A stretch of 34,270 bases of DNA from an uncultured Anaerolineaceae bacterium (GTDB taxonomy: Bacteria > Chloroflexota > Limnocylindria > Limnocylindrales > CSP1-4). The stretch is taken from contig CAZFXH010000279.1 of the NCBI GenBank assembly GCA_964522905.1, positions 1-34,270 on the forward strand, written 5' to 3'. Shown here one piece after another: positions 1-7,330 of the stretch (positions are counted from its first letter, which is position 1; every line of letters begins with the position of its first letter). Below the pieces are notes generated by a model that did not search any database, was not told the DNA's origin, and saw only the letters and a program-made list of their open reading frames with translations. The position numbers were made by a program, and so were the translations under genes.

Positions 1-220
1 CCTCGATCAGGTCGCGCTTCACCGCGTCGAGGTCGAGGGTCTTGAACTCTTCTGCGTAGCTGAAGCCCTCGTCCATCGGAACGGAGAGGGGCGAGTGCTG
101 GTGGAGAACTTGCAGATCCAGTTGATTCGGCCACCAGTCCCGGTTCGAGTTCGGCCGAGACACCTTCGGAGTAGGGCTCGGGATCGCCGGGTTCTCGCTT
201 TCGCTGACGTTCTCAGTCAC
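1..220 (-). CDS. katG: catalase-peroxidase KatG, N-terminal fragment (gene continues beyond window start)
   Basis: Reverse translation from GTG at 218-220 gives [73 protein letters not shown]. The NRDWWPNxLxLxVLHQ and FxYAEEFKxLDLxAVKRD blocks are the canonical KatG N-terminus. A GAGAGGAGAA Shine-Dalgarno sits just upstream (about 226-237). Absent from the ORF track because it runs off the edge. Confidence 0.9.
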   Translation of the reverse strand, partial: MTENVSESENPAIPSPTPKVSRPNSNRDWWPNQLDLQVLHQHSPLSVPMDEGFSYAEEFKTLDLDAVKRDLIE

Positions 221-255
221 GCGTTCCGTTCTCCTCTCACAATGCGAGCGTTGCC

Positions 256-672
256 TCAACGCCCAACAGACGGCGGTGTGGGATTCTGTCGCTGTCGTGG
301 CCTGCACGCCTCGAATCCGGTCTCGCCCATCCTCGCACTGGTCTGAAGGTCGCGCACGGCCGTACTCCCTGGGGCCGAGACCGAGCGTCCGCCCAGTCGC
401 GATGACCGTGAACTGGTCCGCGAGGCCTTCGAGCTGTGGCCGCCAGGCGCGGGGATCGTGGGTGTCCCATGGTCACGAGTCCCAGACAACCGCCATGCCA
501 TCCACACCTCGTCGTCCCCGTTCCGCCAGCCGGATGATCGTCGCATGACGTCCGGCATCGACGCGAACATGCGAGCGAAGCTGGCACGTACCTCGGCGCG
601 GCCCCGCACCGCCTCTCCCCGGTGGGCAGGCGCCTCGTCCGCGTAGTCCTCGGCGAAGCAGCGAGCGACCAT
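256..672 (-). pseudogene. possible degraded or frameshifted NTF2/SnoaL-like gene remnant
   Basis: The frame of ORF 256..903(-) reads MVARCFAEDYADEAPAHRGEAVRGRAEVRASFARMFASMPDV...[14 protein letters not shown], which is NTF2/SnoaL-like. The expected C-terminal half is replaced by Ser/Arg-rich sequence. A different reverse frame (about 360-470: [27 protein letters not shown]) carries the high-GC3 signal and is closed by an upstream TGA. Confidence 0.3.
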
Positions 673-688
673 CTGGGAATCTCCGATG

Positions 689-1327
689 CTACCCCGCTCG
701 ATCCACCGCGGCGCGCGCCGCCCGCAGCAGCAGTGCGTCGCCCCATGCCCGGCACAGGACCTCGATGAGCTCGAGCCGATCGACCGCCGTGACGAGGTCC
801 GGGCCGACCGATACGGCTCCGTGCCGCTCGAGGAGGGCGGCGCCGGGGAACGGCGCAGGCTCATCCGTGAGCGCCGCCGCGATCCTGCCCGCAAGATCGG
901 CACTGCCCATCTCGCCGAACCTCACGAAGGGCAGCCGGGGGAGGAGCAGGGCCGTCTCGGGCAGGGCGCCCGGATCGGGGACCTCGCCGGCGAGCGTCAG
1001 CCCCATCGATGCCGGCAGGTGAGCGTGGGCGACCGCGCCGACCTCCGGCCGCGCGGCGTGGACAGCAAGATGGACGGCCAGGTCCGAGGATGGCCCGAGG
1101 CCCGTGGGCGACCGTGCGTGGCCTCCAGCCGGAACGCCTGATGCCCGAGGCACCACGACGAGGTCGTCCGCTTCGAGTTCGTCCTTGCGCCGCCCGCTCG
1201 GCGTGATCAGGAGGCGGTCGTCATCGAGTCGGATCGAGAGGTTCCCCTCGCCGGCCGAGATCAGCCCGCGAGCCCCCAGCCGGCGCCCGGCCTCGAGGAT
1301 CGCCACGGTCGCAGTCGCCTGATCCAT
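689..1327 (-). CDS. class II aldolase/adducin-domain protein (fuculose-phosphate aldolase / MtnB-like)
   Basis: 212-aa ORF with GEGNLSIR, ITPSG and the His cluster HLAVH...AVAHAH typical of zinc-dependent class II aldolases. Confidence 0.85.
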   Translation of the reverse strand: MDQATATVAILEAGRRLGARGLISAGEGNLSIRLDDDRLLITPSGRRKDELEADDLVVVPRASGVPAGGHARSPTGLGPSSDLAVHLAVHAARPEVGAVAHAHLPASMGLTLAGEVPDPGALPETALLLPRLPFVRFGEMGSADLAGRIAAALTDEPAPFPGAALLERHGAVSVGPDLVTAVDRLELIEVLCRAWGDALLLRAARAAVDRAG

Positions 1328-1364
1328 CGACCAGATGCTACGGCACCGCGCTGCCCCCGACGGT

Positions 1365-1502
1365 CTAGGCGACGGCCTCGAGCGCGACGAAAGGATCAGG
1401 CGCGACCTCGGCAGCGATGCCGCAGCCGTCGCACGTGAGCAGCGTCAGCGCCTCGTCGGTGCTGGCCTCGCCCGCGCAGAGCGGGCATTCGATGGTGATC
1501 AT
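1365..1502 (-). CDS. small zinc-ribbon protein (45 aa), below the ORF-track size cutoff
   Basis: ATG at 1500-1502 is preceded by GAGGAG. Translation is MITIECPLCAGEASTDEALTLLTCDGCGIAAEVAPDPFVALEAVA, with paired CPLC...CDGC knuckles, high GC3, and the same strand as both flanking genes. Confidence 0.55.
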   Translation of the reverse strand: MITIECPLCAGEASTDEALTLLTCDGCGIAAEVAPDPFVALEAVA

Positions 1503-1565
1503 CTCGGGTGTGGACTCCTCGCTTCGGGTTGACCTGACCCGGAGTGTCGGAGCGGCCTGTGACAG

Positions 1566-2156
1566 CTAGCGTGTCACGCCGTAGCGGAAGCAACCCGGCA
1601 GGTGGTCGTCGACCAGGCCGACGCTCTGCATGAACGCGTACACGATCGTCGAGCCGACGAACCGGAATCCGCGTCGACGAAGGTCCGCAGACAGCGCATC
1701 AGACAAGGGCGTCGTGGCTTGCATGTCCGCGACCGTCGCTGTGTCTGGCAGTCGTGCGGGTGGCGACGGAACCACCGAGTCGAGATATGCATCGAACGAC
1801 CCGAACTCGGCCGCGGTGGCCAGGAAGGCCGCGGCATTGCCGATCGTCGCGTCGATCTTGGCGCGGTTCCGGACGATCCCGGCGTCGGCCATCAGCCGGG
1901 CCCGGTCGGTGTCGTCAAAGGCCGCCACGACCCGCGGCTCGAACCCGCGGAACGCCGCCCGAAACGCCTCGCGCTTGTTGAGGATCGTCGACCACGACAG
2001 CCCGGCCTGGAACGACTCCAGTGCAAGCCGCTCGAAGAGCTCGATGTCGTCGTGACAGGGCACGCCCCATTCCTCGTCGTGGTACGCGATCATGCGCGGA
2101 TCCGCGCCGGCGCCGGCCGCCCCCGACCACCAGCACCGCTCGAGCCCATCGGTCAT
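1566..2156 (-). CDS. tag: DNA-3-methyladenine glycosylase I
   Basis: RCWW, YHDEEWGVP, LFERLALESFQAGLSWSTILNKREAFR and IVRNRAKI are hallmark Tag motifs. Confidence 0.92.
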   Translation of the reverse strand: MTDGLERCWWSGAAGAGADPRMIAYHDEEWGVPCHDDIELFERLALESFQAGLSWSTILNKREAFRAAFRGFEPRVVAAFDDTDRARLMADAGIVRNRAKIDATIGNAAAFLATAAEFGSFDAYLDSVVPSPPARLPDTATVADMQATTPLSDALSADLRRRGFRFVGSTIVYAFMQSVGLVDDHLPGCFRYGVTR

Positions 2157-2352
2157 CCGAGGATGGTCACGGCACCGGCTCGAGGTCGAAGAGCGTGCTT
2201 CGCATGGATGGATCGTCGCTGGGTCGACTGGCGTTGAACACGGAACGGAACACCGAACCCGACACCTTCGTCGTTCCGGGCGATCCGATCAACGTCACGC
2301 TGATCAGCCGGCCCGAGACGCCGCGGTCTCGAAGGTCCAGTGCGGCCAGCCG

Positions 2353-2931
2353 ATGGGCCTACCGGACCGCTACGCTGTCGATATGGATCTCCACTGCTTC
2401 CTGGGGCACGGGGCGTCTGGGTCGGCCGCCAGCATGACACCCTACGTCAACGGCCTCCAGACCCGGGGCATCGCGGCGACCGCCATCGACCTGCCACGCC
2501 GGCGCGCGGAAGACGCGGTTCCGGCGTTTCGCGCGGTCGTCCCGAGTGAGCCGTGGGTCGTCGTCGGCGGTCAGTCCTTCGGTGGTCGCGTCGCCAGTCT
2601 CGCCGCGGCCGGATCCGGGGCGCCGTACGCCGCCCTCGTGCTGTTCAGCTACCCGCTCCATCCGCCCGGCTCCCCCGACAAGGCGGAGGCCAGGACGAGC
2701 CACTGGCCGCAGATCACGTGCCCGGTCCTGCTCCTGTCGGGCGAATCCGACCCATTCGCCAGGATCGACCTGTTGCGTGCTGCGGTGCCGAGGCTTGGCG
2801 GGCCGGCGGAGCTCGTTACTTACCCCAAGCTGGGCCACGGGGTCATGCCGATGCTCGACGATGCGCTCGACCGGGTCGCAGCGTTCCTGGAGAGCCACGT
2901 CCAGAAGGTTTCGTCCGACCCCTTGCCCTGA
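2353..2931 (+). CDS. alpha/beta hydrolase (KANL3/Tex30-type, dienelactone-hydrolase-like)
   Basis: FLGHGASG oxyanion region, GQSFGG nucleophile elbow, LLLSGESDPF and LGHGV. The ORF-track start at 2092 is an unlikely extension; ATG 2353 or 2383 are the plausible starts. Confidence 0.8.
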   Translation: MGLPDRYAVDMDLHCFLGHGASGSAASMTPYVNGLQTRGIAATAIDLPRRRAEDAVPAFRAVVPSEPWVVVGGQSFGGRVASLAAAGSGAPYAALVLFSYPLHPPGSPDKAEARTSHWPQITCPVLLLSGESDPFARIDLLRAAVPRLGGPAELVTYPKLGHGVMPMLDDALDRVAAFLESHVQKVSSDPLP

Positions 2932-2984
2932 CCGTCGTGTGGCCCTATCGTGGGCGACCCCCGGGAGGCCGGCGCCCACCGTCG

Positions 2985-3100
2985 CCATCCCGGTCCGGAT
3001 CCGAGTCGTTGCCGGAGAGCCCAGTCCGCGGGCCCCCGTGGTAATCGTCCGTCCCCGACCGGGCCGACGTTCGATGCGCTCACCATATCGATCCGGTAGG
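2985..3100 (+). promoter_or_regulatory. structured 5' leader; candidate ydaO-type (c-di-AMP) riboswitch
   Basis: About 180 nt of non-coding leader precedes a secreted cell-wall glycosidase gene. Blocks CCGGAUCCGA...GCCGGAGAGCCC (2995-3022), GUGGUAAUCG (3038-3047) and CCCCGACC..GCCGACG (3053-3069) resemble conserved ydaO segments. CCGGATC (2995-3001) can pair with GATCCGG (3090-3096), next to the RBS GGAAGGAG (3099-3106). The second pseudo-symmetric half is not clearly recognisable. Confidence 0.25.
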
Positions 3101-3111
3101 AAGGAGCCATA

Positions 3112-3954
3112 TTGCGAGTCCTGTCCGGCCGCCGAAGCGCGGTCTTCGTCGCTGCCCTCGCGACGATCCTGGTCCTCACCGCTACGAGCTCCGCGGCCAT
3201 GGCCGCCAAGGCCCCACCCGGTCTGGCGAAATTCAAGGTCGCCGTCGGCCGAATCGAGTCCGGCGGGAACTATTACGCCAGGAACGCATCGTCCGGCGCG
3301 TACGGCAAGTACCAGATCATGCCCTCGAACTGGCCATCGTGGGCGCGCCAGTACCTCGGCAACGCGAATGCCCGCCAGACGCCGACGAACCAGGAGAAGG
3401 TGGCATCGGGCAAGATGTCGTCGCTCTACCGCTGGCTCGGCAGCTGGAAGCGGGTCGCCTACTGGTGGCTGACGGGGTCTTCTCGGACCACGGGATGGTC
3501 GGGCTACGCGAAACGCTACGTCGCCAAGGTCATGCGCTACTACCGCGAGGCGGGCGGCAAGGTGGCGGCCCCCAAGAGCTCCGCCCGCTGGACCGCGAAC
3601 GAACGCTCCCCGGCCATCGACTACACCGGTTCATGGCAGCGCGCGAACCATCGGGGCTACGGTGGCGATCGCGTCGCCTACGCCACGAAGGCCGGCGCCA
3701 GCGCGAGCTTCTCCTTCACGGGCAGGAAGGTCACGTGGAACGGCCCGACGGGCTCGACCCGCGGCCAGGCGAAGGTCTACGTCGACGGGAAGTACGTCAA
3801 GACCGTGAACGCGTACCGGCGCTCGTTCGACGCACGCTCGACGCTCTTCCAGGCCAGCTGGAAGGCCGCCGGCGAGCATCGGATCACCATCGTCGTCGTC
3901 GGGACCAAGGGCCACCCGATGGTCGCCATCGACGACTTCGTCGTCACGAGGTAG
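3112..3954 (+). CDS. secreted lytic-transglycosylase-like protein with C-terminal beta-sandwich (carbohydrate-binding-like) domain
   Basis: TTG start after GGAAGGAG and a signal peptide (AVFVAALATILVLTATSSAAMA). SLT-type catalytic block GRIESGGNYYARNASSGAYGKYQIM. The C-terminus (YTGSWQR...FSFTGRKVTWNG...AKVYVDGKYVKTV...HRITIVVVG...IDDFVVT) looks like a jelly-roll binding module. Confidence 0.8.
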   Translation: MRVLSGRRSAVFVAALATILVLTATSSAAMAAKAPPGLAKFKVAVGRIESGGNYYARNASSGAYGKYQIMPSNWPSWARQYLGNANARQTPTNQEKVASGKMSSLYRWLGSWKRVAYWWLTGSSRTTGWSGYAKRYVAKVMRYYREAGGKVAAPKSSARWTANERSPAIDYTGSWQRANHRGYGGDRVAYATKAGASASFSFTGRKVTWNGPTGSTRGQAKVYVDGKYVKTVNAYRRSFDARSTLFQASWKAAGEHRITIVVVGTKGHPMVAIDDFVVTR

Positions 3955-4083
3955 ACCCGCGCGGCTCGCAGGACGGTCGAGGTCAAGGCGGCGCGTGAGC
4001 ACGAGAGCGAGCGCACTGGAGCGTGCGTGAGCGAACGCGCGGAGCGCGCCAACGCGGGCATCGGCCGTCCGGTGCGCCGCGCG

Positions 4084-4464
4084 TCAGCGGGCCGCCAGCA
4101 CCTCGATCTCGACCCCGTAGTCGGACGCGAGCGCGGTCACGCCGACGGTCGCTCGTGTCGGTGGCTCGGTCGGGAAATACTCGCGGTAGACGGCGTTCAT
4201 CGCGGCGAACTCGCTGAAGTCGCGCAGGTAGACCGTGCACTTCACCACGTCCGCGAAGCCCAGGCCGACCGCGGCCAGCAGGCGACGGACGTTGTCGAGC
4301 ATCGCGCGGGTCTCAGGCTCGATGCCGCCCGGAACCGCACCGTGGCCACCGGGTGCGTCCCCGACCTGACCGGCCAGGAACACGAAGCCGTTGGCCTCCA
4401 CGACCTGCGAGAACGGATAGTCGCTCGGCGGGATGCCCGCGAGTTGCGGGACGGACTTGGGCAC
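4084..4464 (-). CDS. RidA/YjgF-family reactive-intermediate deaminase
   Basis: GTG at 4462-4464 follows a perfect AGGAGG. VPKSVPQLAGIPPSDYPFSQVVEANGFVFLAGQVG...VVKCTVYLRDFSEFAAMNAVYREYF...PTRATVGVTAL is the Rid family signature. The ORF-track extension to 5037 runs through the tandem repeat and is rejected. Confidence 0.9.
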   Translation of the reverse strand: MPKSVPQLAGIPPSDYPFSQVVEANGFVFLAGQVGDAPGGHGAVPGGIEPETRAMLDNVRRLLAAVGLGFADVVKCTVYLRDFSEFAAMNAVYREYFPTEPPTRATVGVTALASDYGVEIEVLAAR

Positions 4465-4508
4465 GAGGCACCTCCTGTTCGTCGGAGTGTGCCGCACCAG
4501 CGGTCGGC

Positions 4509-4664
4509 CCGCTCCCGTCGCCTGCCACGCGACGCCAGCCCGTCGAGGTCGGCGGCTGCCGCTCCTCGACCCGCTCCCGTCGCTCCCCACGCGACGCCAG
4601 CCCGTCGAGGTCGGCGTCTGCGGCTCCTCGACCCGTCCCCGTCGCTTCCCACGCGACGCCAGCG
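4509..4664. repeat. 62-bp tandem repeat, 2.5 copies, each full unit containing a GC-rich hairpin
   Basis: Copies at 4509-4570 and 4571-4632 are about 92% identical; a partial copy spans 4633 to about 4664. Each full unit carries GTCGAGG-N15-CCTCGAC. It lies between the stop of the APH-like gene (4686) and the ridA-like start (4464). Confidence 0.9.
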
Positions 4665-4685
4665 CCTCTCGGACGCAATGCTGCG

Positions 4686-5798
4686 TCAGAGTCGGCGCTG
4701 GGCCGCCTCGAGCGCGCGCTTGGACCACCAGGCGAGGTCCTCGGCCGCCGAGATCCGCGACGGCAGGACCACGCCGGCTTCGGCGTCGAGTCCCTTGCGC
4801 CACCCGCGCAGCAACAGGCCGACGATCCAGGTCAGGTCCAGCTGGGCCTCCCAGTCGCCGGTCAGGGCGGCGAAGTCGTTCGCATCCCCGCCGAACCCCC
4901 ACCGGCCGCTGTCCCACTCGAGCGCCTGTCGATATTCCGCGACGATCGAGTCCGGCCTTGCCGGGAGCGAGCCGCTGTTGGACACCAGGAACCAGCCAAG
5001 ATCGACCGCAACGGGCGCCCGCAGCGTCATCTGCCAATCGATGAAGCCGACCCGGTCCTCCGGCAACAACGCGACGTTGGCGAGCTTCAGGTCACCGTGA
5101 AGTCCGACGGATGGCAGCTTCCCGATGGCCGCGACCAGGGGAGCGGGGTCCTGGCCCAGGCCGTGGACCAGCTCGCGCGCCGCCTCCGGCGCACGCCGGT
5201 CGAAGGCGTCCCAGCCCGCGAGGAACCGTGGCCCGACGGCATTGCCGGCCGCGGCATACGTGGCCGCAGCGGGCCGGGCCAGCAGCGTGAGCCGCTCCGC
5301 CAGGGGGCACCACGGTGGCGCCGGCTCGCCCTCGCGCTCGGTCGCCGACTCGAGCACGCGGCTCCAGGGCATCGCGTGCAGGCGCGCGACCGCTTCGATC
5401 ACCCGGCGCAGCGTGGGATCGTCGATCACCGGGTCGTGCCCGGGTCGTTCCCAGGCGATGAGCTCGGTCGACAGGTCGGGCATGAGGATCGCCACGCCAT
5501 CCCCGTCGGCCGCGGCGCCGAGATAGGCGATCGACGTGCGCGGCAGCCACGCCATCGCCTCCAACGGGCGGGCCGCGAGCCAGCCCTCGCGCAGGTCGTC
5601 GTCACGGGTCGCGCGGGCGATCCAGTCGGTGGCGAGCGAGGTGCGTTTCAGGACGTAGTGCCGGCCGACCGGATCGACAAGGCCCGTGAACGTGGCGCCG
5701 GACCACCCGTCCGCGGGGAACGCGTGCTCCGGGCTCAGCTCGAGACCGTGCTCGGTCAGCAGGTCCAGGAGCGTTCGATCGCGCCAGCCGACGGCCAT
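4686..5798 (-). CDS. aminoglycoside-phosphotransferase (APH)/choline-kinase-fold kinase
   Basis: Catalytic loop HGDLKLANV and metal-binding IDWQ, in a 370-aa protein-kinase-like fold. Confidence 0.85.
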   Translation of the reverse strand: MAVGWRDRTLLDLLTEHGLELSPEHAFPADGWSGATFTGLVDPVGRHYVLKRTSLATDWIARATRDDDLREGWLAARPLEAMAWLPRTSIAYLGAAADGDGVAILMPDLSTELIAWERPGHDPVIDDPTLRRVIEAVARLHAMPWSRVLESATEREGEPAPPWCPLAERLTLLARPAAATYAAAGNAVGPRFLAGWDAFDRRAPEAARELVHGLGQDPAPLVAAIGKLPSVGLHGDLKLANVALLPEDRVGFIDWQMTLRAPVAVDLGWFLVSNSGSLPARPDSIVAEYRQALEWDSGRWGFGGDANDFAALTGDWEAQLDLTWIVGLLLRGWRKGLDAEAGVVLPSRISAAEDLAWWSKRALEAAQRRL

Positions 5799-5802
5799 CG
5801 GG

Positions 5803-6219
5803 TCAGCAGGGCGCCGGGACGTCGTCGCTGCCGTCCGGGCCGCCGTCGAGGTACACGACGTGCGAATCGGGGCAGTTCCGGGTCAGGACGACGACCAGCG
5901 GCTCGAGCGACGAGGCGTTCTCCTCGACATGGATCTCGCCGGCCGGGATGTAGATGACGTCGCCGGCTCGCGCGCTCATCTCGTCCTCCAGCCCGCTCGG
6001 GCCCCAGGTGTAGCGCGCCTCGCCCGACAGGATGTAGATGGAGGTCTCGCAGTCGCCATGGTGATGGATCCTCGTCCGCTCGCCAGGGGCCGTGGACACG
6101 ATCGCCGTGTACAGCCGCTCGGCCCCGACCGTGGGCCGCGAGATCGCGATGGACCGCTCCATGCCGGGGTGCTGGCCCACGGTCGTATGTCGATCGGCGG
6201 GGCTGATACGCGTGGCCAT
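5803..6219 (-). CDS. cupin-domain protein
   Basis: HHHGDCETSIYILSGE...GDVIYIPAGEIHVE are cupin motifs 1 and 2. ATG at 6217-6219; the long ORF-track extension to 7206 is antisense to the PLP enzyme gene. Confidence 0.8.
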   Translation of the reverse strand: MATRISPADRHTTVGQHPGMERSIAISRPTVGAERLYTAIVSTAPGERTRIHHHGDCETSIYILSGEARYTWGPSGLEDEMSARAGDVIYIPAGEIHVEENASSLEPLVVVLTRNCPDSHVVYLDGGPDGSDDVPAPC

Positions 6220-6249
6220 CGGCCGATGATAGGCCGCTACCATCGGGCC

Positions 6250-7245
6250 ATGTCCGCTCCCACGCCGGAGATGCCGCGCTTTCGGCTGTTCGATGGGCCG
6301 TCGCCGCTCGCGCCACTGCCCCGTTTCTCCGCGGCACTCGGCGGGCGGGCCGAGATCTGGATCAAGCGTGAGGACTTGCTGCCGCTCGCGTTCGGTGGCA
6401 ACAAGCTGCGCAACCTCGAGTTCCTGGTCGGTGCGGCGCTGGCCGAGGGGGCGGACACGCTGGTCACGAGCGGGCGGCGCTGGTCCAACCACTGTCGGCT
6501 GACGGCGGCGGCCGGGGCGAAGGCGGGGCTCGCCGTGGAGATCGTCCTGTCCGGCCCACCCGCGTCCGCGCCCGGGCCAGGCCTGCGGCTGATGGCCGCG
6601 CTCGGGGCGGTGGTCCACCAGCTGCCGAGCGCCGACCGGGCTGCCCGCGATGCCGAGGTCGGCCGGGTCGCGCGCCAGATCGAGGCCCGTGGCGGTCGCC
6701 CGTACGTCATCGCGGTCGGCGGGACGGGCGCGGTGGGGGCGTGGGGGCAGCTCCAGGCGGCCACGGAGCTCTTCGACCAGGCCCTTGCCGTGGCCCTGAC
6801 CGTCGATGTCATCGTCGTGCCGTCGGCCACGGGCGGTACCCAGGCGGGGCTCATCGCCGGTGCCGCCGGCCGCTCCCCGGCGACACGCGTGTCGGGCGTG
6901 GTCGTGGGCCGACCGGCATCGGAGCTGCGCCCGGCGATCGCGACGATGGTGTCCGAGCTGATGGCCCGCGTGGGCACCGCCCCCGGCAGCGGGCCCGGCA
7001 GCGAGCCCGGCCCCATCGATCTGGACGAGACCCAGCTCGGGGACGGCTACGGCCGGCCGACTCAGGAGGCTGCGGACGCGGCGGACCTGCTGGCCCGGAC
7101 CGAGGGGATCCTTGTCGACCCGATCTACACGGCCAAAGCCCTGGCCTCGCTGGTCCGTCGCGTGCGGGGCGGAGCCTGGGACGGGCAGCGGGTCGTGTTC
7201 TGGCACGCGGGCGGCCTTCCCGGGCTCTTCGAGTCACTGGACTGA
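6250..7245 (+). CDS. ACC deaminase / D-cysteine desulfhydrase family PLP-dependent enzyme
   Basis: IWIKREDLLPLAFGGNKLRNLEFLVGAAL (PLP lysine), VTSGRRWSNHCR, PSATGGTQAGL and the LVDPIYTAKAL tail. ATG 6250 (alternative 6226). Confidence 0.88.
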   Translation: MSAPTPEMPRFRLFDGPSPLAPLPRFSAALGGRAEIWIKREDLLPLAFGGNKLRNLEFLVGAALAEGADTLVTSGRRWSNHCRLTAAAGAKAGLAVEIVLSGPPASAPGPGLRLMAALGAVVHQLPSADRAARDAEVGRVARQIEARGGRPYVIAVGGTGAVGAWGQLQAATELFDQALAVALTVDVIVVPSATGGTQAGLIAGAAGRSPATRVSGVVVGRPASELRPAIATMVSELMARVGTAPGSGPGSEPGPIDLDETQLGDGYGRPTQEAADAADLLARTEGILVDPIYTAKALASLVRRVRGGAWDGQRVVFWHAGGLPGLFESLD

Positions 7246-7270
7246 TGCCGCGACCACCGGGTCGGGGGCC

Positions 7271-7330
7271 GGCGCTTCCGTCACTCGCCGGCGCTGCCCG
7301 TCATATCGTCGGCGCTGCCCGTCACTCTCC
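7271..7330. repeat. three imperfect tandem copies of a ~20-bp unit (GGCGCTKCCGTCAYNYNSYC)
   Basis: Units are 7271-7289 ggcgcttccgtcactcgcc, 7290-7310 ggcgctgcccgtcatatcgtc and 7311-7330 ggcgctgcccgtcactctcc. They span a convergent intergenic region and the last codons of the permease gene. Confidence 0.75.

Noticed and set aside
221-700. Expected furA-type regulator upstream of katG
   Set aside because: No Fur-like sequence (HHHxxCxxC motifs, DNA-binding wHTH) appears in any frame. The region holds only the decayed NTF2-like remnant.
4509-4664. Possible CRISPR array
   Set aside because: The 62-bp units are directly contiguous with no unique spacers, there are only 2.5 copies, and no cas genes occur in the window. 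It is a tandem repeat, not CRISPR.
4465-5037. Upstream extension of the RidA ORF to 317 aa
   Set aside because: The extension reads through the 62-bp repeat and the antisense of the APH-like gene. GTG 4464 with a perfect AGGAGG gives a normal 126-aa Rid protein.
4353-5957. 534-aa plus-strand ORF and other long shadow ORFs (e.g. 18693-20270 minus, 24521-26167 minus, 22672-24138 minus, 17301-18623 minus, 5803-7206 upper part)
   Set aside because: All are antisense or out-of-frame to genes with clear family signatures. All have Arg/Pro/Gly-dominated sequence and no domain motifs.
5686-6249. 188-codon N-terminal extension of the ACC-deaminase-family ORF
   Set aside because: It overlaps the cupin and kinase genes on the other strand and is Arg/Ala-rich. 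Family similarity begins right after the Met at 6250.
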